Shown one piece after another: positions 11,066 to 21,941 of a stretch of 64,000 bases of DNA. A program made the translations under genes and the position numbers. Each line of letters begins with the position of its first letter. The first letter of the stretch is position 1. The notes beneath the pieces are model-generated. The model worked only from the letters and a program-made list of their open reading frames with translations. It had not been told where the DNA came from and made no database searches. This DNA comes from Nitrospirota bacterium (lineage in GTDB: Bacteria > Nitrospirota > UBA9217): the NCBI GenBank assembly GCA_963818475.1, contig CAWFSF010000003.1:160001-224000 (forward strand). Direction: 5' to 3'.

Positions 11066-11185
11066 ATGAAACACGGATATACCCTGAAAGAGATTGCCGA
11101 TCATATAGGAATACACTATACTACCGTCAGTAAAGTAGTGAAGGGTTTTGGAGAACCACAATCAAATTTACGAATGATCGAATAG
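11066..11185 (+). pseudogene. 39-aa HTH ORF resembling the C-terminal HTH of RAYT/Y1 (HUH) transposases; remnant or mini-protein
   Basis: MKHGYTLKEIADHIGIHYTTVSKVVK...; below the ORF-track cutoff. Confidence 0.55.
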
Positions 11186-11208
11186 ACTTTTTAAGCGAAA
11201 CACCCTCG

Positions 11209-11589
11209 ATGACCAATCACGAAGAACAAACAATAAAAGCATTCATCCTAAAAGAGAAAAGCGAACGTTATCTCTCGTTTTTGAGCAATAAAAAGCGAAG
11301 AAAGGAAGTTCTAGACCGACTTAATCATTGTAAGGATTTTGATGAACGCTTTGTTCAATGGTTGCCGAGCAATGCAGATGTAGTCAAGATTCTGTTGCAA
11401 GCCGGATCACCGGCAGAAGTATATGTGATTTCGGATAGCAAGCTAGACGGCAAGGTTATGCCTCTTCCCGATGCAATCCATGAAACTTCAATGAATGGAT
11501 CGGGCACTATAGTATCGTGTATACCGGGGAAATTAGCCTATTACTACGATGAGGTCGGCGAACGCCGTGGGCTATTGAAGAGAAGCTAA
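11209..11589 (+). CDS. Hypothetical protein, AT-rich gene-cassette ORF
   Basis: 126-aa ORF with lower GC; stop codon immediately followed by an attC-like site. Confidence 0.8.
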   Translation: MTNHEEQTIKAFILKEKSERYLSFLSNKKRRKEVLDRLNHCKDFDERFVQWLPSNADVVKILLQAGSPAEVYVISDSKLDGKVMPLPDAIHETSMNGSGTIVSCIPGKLAYYYDEVGERRGLLKRS

Positions 11590-11590
11590 A

Positions 11591-11648
11591 GCCTAACACT
11601 CGCGTCGAGAGGGTCGCGAAAACCGCGCCTCTCACGCGCTCGTTATGC
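11591..11648 (+). mobile_element. Integron attC site
   Basis: GCCTAAC ... GTTATGC; inner stem CGCGT[C]GAGAGG[GT]CGCG / CGCG CCTCTC ACGCG with extrahelical bases on the 5' arm. Confidence 0.8.
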
Positions 11649-11687
11649 GAGAATTTGAACAAATGGAATACAGAAGGAAAACCCACA

Positions 11688-12557
11688 ATGTCGGTCACGA
11701 CCAAACTCACCCTTACTGATAATCTGCCACTTACCTGTTCACGTTCAGGCACCTGCTGTCATGGCAAAACTGTCAGGCTGAACCCGTGGGAACTGGCGTG
11801 TCTGGCTGAAGCAAAAGGACTGACCCCGAGGGCGTTTCGTGATCGTTACTGCGATTTTGGCGGCATCCATTTGCGTTTTGATGGCGCACCCGGCTGGAGA
11901 CAGCAGCCGGCGTGCAGCCAGTATGTACCTGATTTTGGATGCAGCGTGCATGTGGGGCGACCATTGGCCTGCCGGTTATATCCTCTTGGCCGCCAAAGGC
12001 AGGGCGAGGAACTGCACTACATGTACCAGGGGAGTGATTTACCCTGTATGGAAGGGTGTCCGGAAGTTTTAGATTTACCTCAATTGAGTGTCGCCGCCTA
12101 CATTGAAGGACAGGCCGCGAAGCGCTTCGAAGTTGCTCAGGATGAGTATCTCGAACTGATGCAAAATTTAGCTGACAGCGCTTTCGCCCTTCTGCTGGAA
12201 AGTGGTTTGGCCGAATCGGGTGACCGGCAGACATTGCGTCTCTGGCGAGAGATGGGTAGAGAAGAGCCCGAACAATTGCAGGACCGGCTTGGTCCCGAGT
12301 GGATCGACCTGCTGATGCTCCCTGAGTTAACGGATGGCTTACATGATCCCATAGCTTTTTCCCGCCGGCATCACGATCTACTCCTCTTGAAAGCTCAAGA
12401 ATCATTTGGCACACTGGACAATGTCACCGATTTCTGCAAAGCATCGGAATTATTGATGGGACTGGCGCTGCACCTTGGCCGTGGTCTGGGCGCAAATCCT
12501 GCCGAACTGGCCGAACACTGGATCAAGACTGCAAAAGAACATGGGGCGCTTGACTAG
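11688..12557 (+). CDS. YkgJ-family cysteine-cluster (CxxCxxCC-like) protein
   Basis: CSRSGTCC, CSQY...CSVHVGRPLACRLYP, CMEGCP. Confidence 0.8.
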   Translation: MSVTTKLTLTDNLPLTCSRSGTCCHGKTVRLNPWELACLAEAKGLTPRAFRDRYCDFGGIHLRFDGAPGWRQQPACSQYVPDFGCSVHVGRPLACRLYPLGRQRQGEELHYMYQGSDLPCMEGCPEVLDLPQLSVAAYIEGQAAKRFEVAQDEYLELMQNLADSAFALLLESGLAESGDRQTLRLWREMGREEPEQLQDRLGPEWIDLLMLPELTDGLHDPIAFSRRHHDLLLLKAQESFGTLDNVTDFCKASELLMGLALHLGRGLGANPAELAEHWIKTAKEHGALD

Positions 12558-12612
12558 CGGCATCTGGACGGGGAACCTTCAAATGGTATCATAAACTGCT
12601 AGCGTGCACACG

Positions 12613-15600
12613 CTACCGCTCTTTCACCACTGCTTCGACCTTCATCTCCCTGCCATCCCGCAGGAATAGAATGCTCACCCGGTCTTCCGGCTTCAAGGTC
12701 TTCAGGAGATCGGAAAATTCTTTCAGTCCGCTGATCGGCACGGTGTTGATCTTGACGATCACATCGCCCTCCTGCATTCCCGCGGCTTCTGCCGGAGATC
12801 CGGGTACCACGCCGGAAAGCCTGAACCCTTTGCCCTGATACGCAAAATCCGGGATCGTGCCGAGGCTCACCTTCCGTTCTGTTTTCGTTGAAGCCTTGGC
12901 GTTGGCCGGGGCTGCACCCGATCCGGTCAGCGGTTCCGGCCTGCCCGCAAGGTACTCGACTGCTTCTTTGGCAACGGCCGCCACTTTCACGAGCCCGTCT
13001 GCATCGATCTTGTCGGACGTGTCGGTTGTGCGGTGATAATCAGGATTGGGGCCGGAGAAAAGCTGGACCGCGGGCACGCCCTTTTCCTGAAAGCTCTTCT
13101 GGTCGCTCGAATCCAGCTCCTGCGACACGGTCTCGATATCGACGCCTGTTACGAACCCTGCTCCCCGGAAGATATGGACCCACTCTTTTGCCGAGCCCGC
13201 GCCGAGCACCAGGAGCTTCCCCTTGCCGAGCCTGCCGACGGTGTCGAGGTTCACCATGCCGATGCATTTGTCCGCGGGATACTTCTTTTCATTCACAACG
13301 TAATACTGCGAACCCCGCTTTCCCGCTTCCTCTCCGGTAAAGGCGACGAAGACGATGGTGCGGTCCGGCTGCGGTGCTTTGGCGAGGACGCGCGCAAGCT
13401 CGATCAGCACTGCCACGCCGCTTGCGTTGTCGTCCGCACCGGGATGGACCCTGCCCTTCTGGCCTTCCCGTGCGTCCGGCCAGCCGAGCCCCAGGTGGTC
13501 GTAGTGCGCTCCGACCACGACGCTCTGGCCTGCCATGGCCGGGTTCTTTCCCGGGATGATGCCGATCACGTTCTTCATGACCGCCTTGCGCATCGGCTCT
13601 CCGCCGCTTTCTTCCCAGGCCTGGAACCAGGTATTGTCCCTGATCGCCGGCCGGCAGCAGCCCGGCCTGCTTGAACTGCTGCGCAATATAATCGGCTGCC
13701 TTGTCAAGCCCCGGCGTGCCGAACCCGCGGCCTTCGAGCTCCTTATCCGACAGATATTGCACCGTTTCCATCATCGCTTCTTTTGAGAAGACCGCGGGCA
13801 GCACGGCCAGCGGCTCTCGCGCAGCCAGTTTGCCCATCTCGACCCTGCGCACCTTTCCGTCGACATCAGGCAGCAGCACGGTCAGGGGGGAATCGACGAC
13901 CGGCCATCGTCCTTTTGCCACATTGGCGGGTTCGGCTCCCTCGAAGGCGAGGTAGCTGTACTTGTGATAGTGCGGCAGCTTCCGGCCGAGGCCGGGCAGG
14001 GCGTCCGCGCGGTCCGCTGCAATGAACAGCAGGGCGAGGTCCTTGTTCTTCGGAAGCCGCGCGGAAAACACAAATGCATGTCCGTGACCGTCGATCTCCG
14101 TCTGGCTGATGCGCACAGCCTGCGGGCTCACGAGCACATCATATCCTGACAGAGCGGCTGTCGCTTCGTTCAGAAAACGGTTCTCCCATCCAAGAAGGGT
14201 CACGGCCCGGTCCGCGGGAAGGGCCGCTACCTCTGCGTCAAGCTTAACCTCGACCTCGTCCGGCCCGGACCTGCCGATGGACTGCGGCAAGCTCGCGATA
14301 GGCCTGGAGCAGTTCCTTCGGCGCGGACGACGGCAGGAGGACCAGCATCTTTTTTGCGCCCAGCGCCTGCGACATGGCAGGCGGCAGTTCCTCGCGATCA
14401 AGCCTGCGGAACAGGTCGAACTCCGGATCAATGTCGAGCCTCACCGGACGGCCCGGCAGCCGGAGGTTCATCTCCAGTTTTTTCTCCCGCATCTCCACGA
14501 CCGTCTGGAACGCCTTGTCTTTGCCCGCCCATGGTCATCGCGCAGCGGGAACGCGCAGATCATAGGCTTCGCCCGGCTGGGTCTGTTCGAGCCGGGCTGA
14601 AAGAATGAACCCGTCCTTCACGGCAAGCGCATTGGCTTCGCTCACCTTGATGGCCGGCGCGCCTGTTCTGCGCGACCCATTGTTCGAATTCCTGCGCCAG
14701 GTCTTTTCCCGAAGCTGCTTCGAAGCTCGTGCGCAGATCGTCAAAACCCGCCGAACGGAACCGGTAGTTCGTATAGAAACCCCGGATGCCCTGTTTGAAG
14801 ACGTCGTCGCCCAGCTCGAGCCGCAGCATGTGGAAGAACATGAGCGACTTGCCGTACCCGATCGCTTCAGAGGACGAGCTGTGGCGCGAACGGAACTGCG
14901 TGAGCGGAAAGTCCCTGTTGCCGAGCACGTAGTCAGCATACTTCTGGAGGGTGTTCAGCCGGTACTCGGCCCCGCCGCCCTGCTGCTCTTTCATCAGATG
15001 ATCGGCAAGATAGGCGGTGAGGCCTTCGGACCAGTTGCCCTTCTCGTACTCCGGGAACACGCTGTTGCCCCACCAGTTGTGCAGGATCTCGTGCGGATAG
15101 GAGGTGTTGATGATGAACGGCAGACGGATGATCTTCGGCCCGAGCAGCGTGAACGACGGCATGCCGAAGCCCGTTTCCCAGAAGTTCTCGACCAGCGCGA
15201 ACTTCTTGTAGGGATAGGGGCCGATGAGCTTGTCGTACAGGGCGAGGTAGCTTGCGGTGGCGTCGAGATATTTCCCGGCCAGGCCGGGGTCGGGCGTGCG
15301 CAGGAATGCCATGGCCTCGGCAGGGCCCGCGGGCTTGTCGTATTCAATGAACTTCGCGGCAACGAGGTAGATCTCCTCCTGCGGTTCCGAAGATTGCCAG
15401 CGGACCGTGGTCTTTTTTTTCTTCAGCTCGTGGAGCGTCCGTTCGCCCTGGCTTACGGCGTCCCAGTTCTCCGGCAGCGCGACCTCGAGATCAAAGGTCA
15501 TGAGGCCCGTGCCGAAATCGGGATACCAGTTCGTGTTCCCGGACAGGACCACGCCGTCACTCGTGATCAGCCCCGGCGAATCCTGGAACCCCCGCGCCTG

Positions 15601-15979
15601 TTCCGCGCCTGCGGCCTCCAGCGGATGATCGATGACGCCGCTGTACCGGAGCGTGAAGCGTGCGCACTGCTGCCGGAAAGCGCACCCGATAGACCTCGAC
15701 AGGAACGGCACGGGTGATGCTCGCCTCTTTCGTGATCTTCACTCCCCGGGTCGCTGACGCGGGCTTGAGACCGGCATGGAGAACAAAGGTGATCTCGTCC
15801 GGGGTGCCGGCAGGAAGCGTGATCGTGTCGATGGCGCTTAGGCGATGCCTTTCCGGCGAGAGGGTGACCGTGAGGTCGTGGTGAATGTATGCGTCGCGCG
15901 CAGAAGCCTGTCCGGACAACGGAATCAGGCCGGCCAGGACAACGAACACCAAAAGATGGATTGGAATATTTTTCTTCAT
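12613..15979 (-). CDS. Secreted M1 aminopeptidase - M28 peptidase - PDZ fusion (several frameshifts)
   Basis: Signal peptide; HEILH..WSEGLT (M1); GAHYDH, GADDNASG, FTGEE, SDQ, YH (M28); C-terminal PDZ (SPAEAAGMQEGD). Confidence 0.85.
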
Positions 15980-16046
15980 AACCACGTGGATGGCGCTGAC
16001 CGCCAGAGGGTTCCCGGAACCATCCTCCTTTGGTGGTGCCCGAAGA

Positions 16047-18878
16047 TCAGGTTAACAACGTGTGCAGGATTTTATTTAATTCAGCTATGTCATAGGGCTT
16101 CTTCAGGACTTCGGTGAATCCCTGCTCGCGGTAGTCCGCGGTAACGGCATCATCGGAATAGCCGCTGGACATGATCGCTTTGACGTTCGGGGCGAACTCA
16201 CGGAGTTTTTTAACGGTTTCCGCCCCTCCCATGCCGCCGCGGATCGTCAGGTCGAGGATGACGATATCGAACGGCCTGCCAGCTCTGGCTGCTTCCTGAT
16301 ACTTGGCCAGCGCCGCTTCGCCATGGGCTGCGACCTCCACCTCATGCCCGAGCGCGCGCAGCAACTCCCTCGCGAGGCTCCTGATCAGTTCTTCATCGTC
16401 CATGACCAGGATCCGCCCTTTTGGTGCCCCTGCAGGCGACGTCCAGCCAGTGGTCTCCACTACCGACCTGGCCGTCGTGGCGGGGATATAGAGTGTGAAC
16501 AGGCTCCCCTTGCCGGCCGCTGATGTGACCAGGATCTCTCCCGCGTGATTCCGGATGATCGAATAGGAGGTCGCCAGCCCGAGGCCGCTCCCTTTGTCCT
16601 TGGTGGTGAAATAGGGGTCGAATATCTTGTTCAGGTAGCCCTCCGGAATGCCGACACCATTGTCCTCGATCGTGAGAACGACATAGTTGTCCTGTGCAAG
16701 CGTGGACGGCAGCGATCTGTCGTCGGCGGCAACGTTCCGCGCAGCGATCTTCACCACGCCGCCCTTCGGCATGGCCTGGTCGGCGTTCAGCACGATGTTC
16801 TGGATCACCTGGCCCAGCTGGCCTGCGTCGCCATTCACCTGCCACAGTCCATGGTCGATATTCAACTGGTACTCGGTGCGCGAACCGCTGAGCGCGAACT
16901 TTACGGCATTCTCGATCACGGGCTCCAGGGACAACGGCTTCTTGACCGGCTTGCCTCCCTTGGAGAAGGTCAGAAGCTGGGTCGTGAGGTTGACCGACTG
17001 GTGGAGCGCCTTTTCCGCCTGTTCGAGCATGGCGAGCGACTTTTCTTTCTGGTCATAGGTCATTATTGCCATGGAAATGTAGCCGAAAATGCCCTGCAGC
17101 AGGTTGTTGAAGTCGTGGGCAATGCCGCCGGCCAGCGTGCCGATGGATTCGAGTTTCTGGGTCTTGAGCCGCTCTTCCTCGAGGAGATGCTTCTCCGTGA
17201 TATTATTGACCGTCTCGATCACCGAGGTAACGTTGCCTTCGGTGTCCTTGATGGGGAATCCTTTTGTTTCCACATAGAGCACATGCCCTTCGTGGTCACG
17301 GTGCCGATGGAGCACTGCATGAGGCTTCCCGGTCGCGAAGACCTGCCGGACCGCGCATTCCTCTCCCTCCTCGTAGCAGGGCCGGCTGTTGTTGTGCGAT
17401 ATCTCGTAGCAGTGCCTGCCGATGACCTCTTCACAGGGCAGGGCCGCCTGGCCGCAGTAGGCCTTGTTGGCGGTCAGAATGCGGTAATCCTTGTCAATGA
17501 CGATAAAGCCCTCGTCCACCGTGTCAAGGATGCTCCTGATGAACTCCTCGTTCTGCCGGATCTTTTCCTCGGCCTCTTTGCGCTCGGTAATGTCCCGGCT
17601 GACCACCACCAGCCCCGTAAGATCGCCTTTGTTGTCAAAGATAGGGGCTTTAACAACATCGAGGAACCTCGTCTCGCCGTTCTTATCGGTATAGTACTCG
17701 TCGGAAGAAACAGGTCTGCCTCTTTTTATCGCCTCCGCATCGCTCTTTTTACACTTTTCAGCAACGTCCGGAGGCGACAGTTCATCATCGGTCATACCCG
17801 CAAGCGCATCCTGCCCGAGGCCGCAGGTTTCCTCCATTGCCTTGTTTACCAGCAAAAAACGTCCCTTGGAATCCTTGAAAAAAACCTGGTCAGGAATGGC
17901 GTGTAGCAAGGTTTGGAGCATGGTGTTTTTCTCGCTAAGCTTTTCTTCAGCCAGCTTGCGTTCGGTGATATCGCGGAAGACTCCGATGAGGCATTGTCTC
18001 CCTCCGATGACCACGGGCGTTGCATTGATGTCTGCATAGACAACGGAGCCGTCCTTCCGCACCAAGGGGACGTCCGGCGCCATCGAGATCTCTCCCCGCA
18101 CCTGGCGTTCAAAAAGGTCCAGGACGCGCTGCAGGTCTTTTTTCGGATGCATCTCCTCAACACTGAGAGCGCTGAGCTCGTCGCGAGTGTATCCAAGCAT
18201 GGCGCAGATGGCCTGGTTCGCCTCGATGTTCCTTTTCTGCGCGGGATCGGCTATCATGATCCCGTCGGTCGCCTGCTCAAAAATGGACCGGAACCGGTCC
18301 TCGGACTCCCGGAGCATGCGCTCCGCGTCTGTCCGTTCTGTGATGTCCTGCACGATACCGAGCATACGCACCGGTGCTCCGGACGCGTCGCGGATAATCT
18401 GCCCGATCGTGTGCAGCATTGCCGCTGAGCCGTCCTTTCGGAAGAACCGGTAGTCCATCTCGAAATGACGGTCTTCTTTCAACGCGGCGTCGATGGCCTT
18501 CAAAAAAACATCCTTGCTTTCGGGGTGCATCTGCGCAAGCACCAGGCCGTAGTCAGGGGCCACGGACCGCGGTTCGAAACCATAAATACGGTAGAGTTCA
18601 TCGGACCAGTGGACCGCATTGGTGGCAAGGTCCCACTCCCAGTCGCCTACATGGGATATCACCTGCGCCCGGGAAAGGCGATCTTCATTCCTTCGCTGCG
18701 ACGATTCCGCCTCTTCAACCTTCTTGCATTCGGGCGTGTCCTGCAAAACGCCGTGATCTGCCGCCTTTTGCCCGGGGCTTTTCGCAGGACTTGCTGTCCG
18801 TGACGAGGCCGCGGTTTTTTTTCCGGAAGCGGTTGCTTTCGGCTTGCTCCCCTTTGCTGGTTCCTTTTTCTTCGGCAT
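16047..18878 (-). CDS. Cytoplasmic hybrid histidine kinase with 4 PAS domains and a receiver
   Basis: PAS x4, [19 protein letters not shown], receiver MDDE...LDLTI. Confidence 0.92.
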   Translation of the reverse strand: MPKKKEPAKGSKPKATASGKKTAASSRTASPAKSPGQKAADHGVLQDTPECKKVEEAESSQRRNEDRLSRAQVISHVGDWEWDLATNAVHWSDELYRIYGFEPRSVAPDYGLVLAQMHPESKDVFLKAIDAALKEDRHFEMDYRFFRKDGSAAMLHTIGQIIRDASGAPVRMLGIVQDITERTDAERMLRESEDRFRSIFEQATDGIMIADPAQKRNIEANQAICAMLGYTRDELSALSVEEMHPKKDLQRVLDLFERQVRGEISMAPDVPLVRKDGSVVYADINATPVVIGGRQCLIGVFRDITERKLAEEKLSEKNTMLQTLLHAIPDQVFFKDSKGRFLLVNKAMEETCGLGQDALAGMTDDELSPPDVAEKCKKSDAEAIKRGRPVSSDEYYTDKNGETRFLDVVKAPIFDNKGDLTGLVVVSRDITERKEAEEKIRQNEEFIRSILDTVDEGFIVIDKDYRILTANKAYCGQAALPCEEVIGRHCYEISHNNSRPCYEEGEECAVRQVFATGKPHAVLHRHRDHEGHVLYVETKGFPIKDTEGNVTSVIETVNNITEKHLLEEERLKTQKLESIGTLAGGIAHDFNNLLQGIFGYISMAIMTYDQKEKSLAMLEQAEKALHQSVNLTTQLLTFSKGGKPVKKPLSLEPVIENAVKFALSGSRTEYQLNIDHGLWQVNGDAGQLGQVIQNIVLNADQAMPKGGVVKIAARNVAADDRSLPSTLAQDNYVVLTIEDNGVGIPEGYLNKIFDPYFTTKDKGSGLGLATSYSIIRNHAGEILVTSAAGKGSLFTLYIPATTARSVVETTGWTSPAGAPKGRILVMDDEELIRSLARELLRALGHEVEVAAHGEAALAKYQEAARAGRPFDIVILDLTIRGGMGGAETVKKLREFAPNVKAIMSSGYSDDAVTADYREQGFTEVLKKPYDIAELNKILHTLLT

Positions 18879-19121
18879 GCTTGCACTCCCGGACCACTCA
18901 AAATAGCTCAGGATTTTTACTTACGTGCCCGATGTAATACTAATGTAGTATAGCAGAAAAGCGCAAACATTTAGACGCGAATGAAACAAGTTTGCGGGAA
19001 AAGAGCTTCGTGGTAGCTGGCTCTTCTCAATGAACCGGAGCAGTACACTCCTTTTCCCTCACGAAAGCGGAGGGTTACCTGTTTGATCGCCTTCCCAAAA
19101 CACACTGATTGCAGAAAAAAA

Positions 19122-20193
19122 TTACTCCACCCAGTCCGCGATATAGATGTCCGTCTCGCGCGGCTCTCTGCGGATTCCGGTTCGAAGCGAAGACCAGCTT
19201 CTTTCCATCCGGCGAGAACAGGGGGAAGCTGTCGAAGGTGGTGTTGAACGTGAGCCGCGTAAGGTTCGTGCCGTCGAGGTTGATCAGGTAGAGCTCGAAG
19301 TTGTGGCCGTATTGTTTGATGTCCTCGCGCCAGTCGTCCATGTTGCTCGAGAAGATGAGCCGCTTGCCGTCGGGGTGCCACGACGGCGCCCAGTTGGTTG
19401 CCCCGTTATGCAGGACCATCCTCTTGTTCGACCCGTCAGCGTCCATGACCCAGAGGTCCAGCGGCACGGCGATGATGTAGTCCTTGTCCATGGCGTCCCG
19501 CCATCGGGCCTTCTCTTCATCCGTTTCGGGATACCAGGCGCGCCAGACGATCCTGGTGTTGTCAGGCGAGAACCAGGGCCCGCCGTCGTAGCCGATCCGG
19601 TCCGTGAGCCGCCGCACGTTCGTGCCGTCGGCGTTCATGATATAGATATCGAAATCGCCTTCCCGCTGGGACCCGAACACGATCTGCTTTCCGTCGGACG
19701 AGACCACGGGTTCGGCATCGTACTTCGGATTGTCCGTGATCTTCCTGAGGTTCGAGCCGTCGGCGTCTGCGGTGAAGATATCGTAGGGATAGAGCGGCCA
19801 GACGTAGCGGACGCCTTGGGGCGCCTCGGGCCGGGGAGGACAGTCGCCGGGAAGATGGTTCGTGGAGGCAAAGACGATCCGTCCATCGGGAAAGAAGAAG
19901 GAGCACGTATTGGCCCCGTGGTCCGGGCTCACCATCCTCTTGTCCGAACCGTCGATGTTCATGGTCCAGATCTTGTCGCAGGCATAGCCGCCACGGCTCG
20001 ACTGGAAAATAAGCTTCTTCCCGTCCCGGGAAAAGTAGGCCTCGCCGTTGTCGCCGTCATTGGTGAGCCTGGTCACGTTCTTCATGTGCCGGTCCTCGAT
20101 AGGGGCCGCACGGCCGGCTTCCTTGCCATGGCGAATTGTGCAGCCGCAGAGGAGCAGCATGGCGATGATCAGCAGCGCTGAACTTTTTTTCAT
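19122..20193 (-). CDS. TolB-like beta-propeller (PD40) lipoprotein; frameshift near the 3' end
   Basis: Lipobox-like LLLCGC; repeated P.FSPDGK.L.F motifs; true end reads ETDIYIADWVE*. Confidence 0.85.
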
Positions 20194-20299
20194 GAAAGGA
20201 CCTCCAATGCCTTGATCATTTAAAGATTTCACGGTGTGCTCTGTGGTTGGATTTCGACATTAGGGGAGGTTCATTCATGCGTTACCTCTTTCTTGGGGA

Positions 20300-20707
20300 T
20301 TACGGATTCTCCCTGCCAACATCCTCAGACCCTTTCCTGAGCACAGGCAAATATCTGAGCGCCGGCTGGCAAATGCCGTAGAGGACCACACCAGCGGCAT
20401 CGGCTCCAAGGTCAAAGAGCGAGCAACTGCGATAAGGCAGATAGGCCTGCGCGATCTCGATGGACAGTCCGTAGGCGATCAGCACGAGCACTTTGGTCCT
20501 GAAGGTCCATGCAGGAAATGAATAATCGACCAGCAGGGCGAGAATAAAAAAAGCTATCACGTGGCCGATCTTGTCGTTCAAATTCTCGGCAACAGGGATG
20601 GCGAGGCGCGTCGTGGCAAGAAAAAATACTGCCGGCAGCGCGATGACCAGCAGGATGCGGAACAACGTGGCACGATGGCTGGCGATGTTTTCGCTCTTTG
20701 ACATCAT
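20300..20707 (-). CDS. VanZ family membrane protein
   Basis: DKIGHVIAF, YGLSIEIAQ..LPYR..SLFD..AD. Confidence 0.85.
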   Translation of the reverse strand: MMSKSENIASHRATLFRILLVIALPAVFFLATTRLAIPVAENLNDKIGHVIAFFILALLVDYSFPAWTFRTKVLVLIAYGLSIEIAQAYLPYRSCSLFDLGADAAGVVLYGICQPALRYLPVLRKGSEDVGRENP

Positions 20708-20932
20708 TGGTCCTTTGCTTAACTGAAAGGTCGTACTCCAGGGGCCGGCTGTTTAAGCATGGCGGCCATGCTCGCGGGTACCAGTATAACCGGTTACTGC
20801 ATCAGTGGCAATTGGAAAACCCGGCGGCGATCCCGCATTCCGCCTGTACCTGTTTCGGGTGAAATCCGTATTTCCCCACGCCCTCGCTGCGCACAATTTA
20901 ATTTGTTTAAAACCAAAGAATATACATTATTG

Positions 20933-20960
20933 TTGACTTTTTGTCGCAATATATTACAAT
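20933..20960 (+). promoter_or_regulatory. Sigma70-like promoter
   Basis: TTGACT-16-TACAAT upstream of the binding-protein operon. Confidence 0.5.
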
Positions 20961-20993
20961 AAGTTGTTTGCAGATGCTACTTTGTGAGTCCTG

Positions 20994-21899
20994 ATGGAGG
21001 TAATGATGAAACGGATCATGCGGACGGTTTTCTTTATCTCTATCATCATGCTTGTCCCGCTTCTGGCCTTTCCCCAGGCTATTCAGCAAAAACTCCTCAT
21101 CGGCCTCATTCCGGAGATGAACGTTTTCAAGCAGAAGGAGCGGTTCCGCCTGCTCGGCGACTATCTCTCAAAAAAGACCGGTGCGGAGGTGAAATTCACC
21201 ATCCTGAGCCGCTACGGCAACATCATTGATCGCTTTACGTCCGAGAACATGGACGGCGCGTTTTTCGGCTCCTTTACCGGCGCGCTGGCCATCGAGAAAC
21301 TGGGGGTCATCCCTCTTGCCCGCCCGGTGAACCTCGACAACACGGCATCGTACCGCGGGTACCTCTTCGTGCGCCGGGACAGCAGGATCCGTGATGTCCG
21401 CAGCATGAAAGGCAGGAAAATGGCCTTTGTTGAAAAAGCGACAACCGCCGGCTACCTCTTTCCGCTCGCCTATCTTAAAGAACACGGCATCACTGATATG
21501 GACCACTTCTTCAGCAGCTCCTATTTTACCGGAAGCCATGATGCGGCAATTCATGCGGTGCTGGAAGGCCAGGCCGACATCGGCGCGGCAAAGCACAGCA
21601 TCTACGACCGGATGAAAGCAGACGATCCGCGCGTGGCCCGCGACCTGGTCATCATTGCCGAATCACCCTGGGTGCCCTCGAACGGGCTGTGCGTGCGCAA
21701 GGGGCTCGATGAAGGGCTGATGCAGAAGCTCAAGCAGGCATTGCTGGGCCTGGACAAGGACCCCGAGGGGGCTGCCGTGCTGCAGCAGTTCGGCGCCCTG
21801 CGGTTCATAAGTACGAATGTCAGCGACTACCGGCCGGTCTTTGAGATGGCCAAAAAAGCAGGGATCGATATAAAACAGTATGACTACCGGAACAAATAA
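20994..21899 (+). CDS. PhnD/SsuA-like periplasmic substrate-binding protein
   Basis: Signal peptide; TTAGYLFP, FTGSHDA motifs; no ABC ATPase or permease adjacent. Confidence 0.85.
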   Translation: MEVMMKRIMRTVFFISIIMLVPLLAFPQAIQQKLLIGLIPEMNVFKQKERFRLLGDYLSKKTGAEVKFTILSRYGNIIDRFTSENMDGAFFGSFTGALAIEKLGVIPLARPVNLDNTASYRGYLFVRRDSRIRDVRSMKGRKMAFVEKATTAGYLFPLAYLKEHGITDMDHFFSSSYFTGSHDAAIHAVLEGQADIGAAKHSIYDRMKADDPRVARDLVIIAESPWVPSNGLCVRKGLDEGLMQKLKQALLGLDKDPEGAAVLQQFGALRFISTNVSDYRPVFEMAKKAGIDIKQYDYRNK

Positions 21900-21941
21900 C
21901 GCCCAGGGGCATCGCTCCTTTGCAGCAGGGACTGACGCCCT

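Noticed and set aside
18990-19095. Possible c-di-GMP-I (GEMM) riboswitch upstream of the PAS kinase (GAGCCAGCTACC tail, hairpins)
   Set aside because: It lacks the GGCAAAC/GNRA/GCAAA core on the coding strand and lies upstream of a likely -10 box. An Infernal/Rfam scan would be needed to rule it in.
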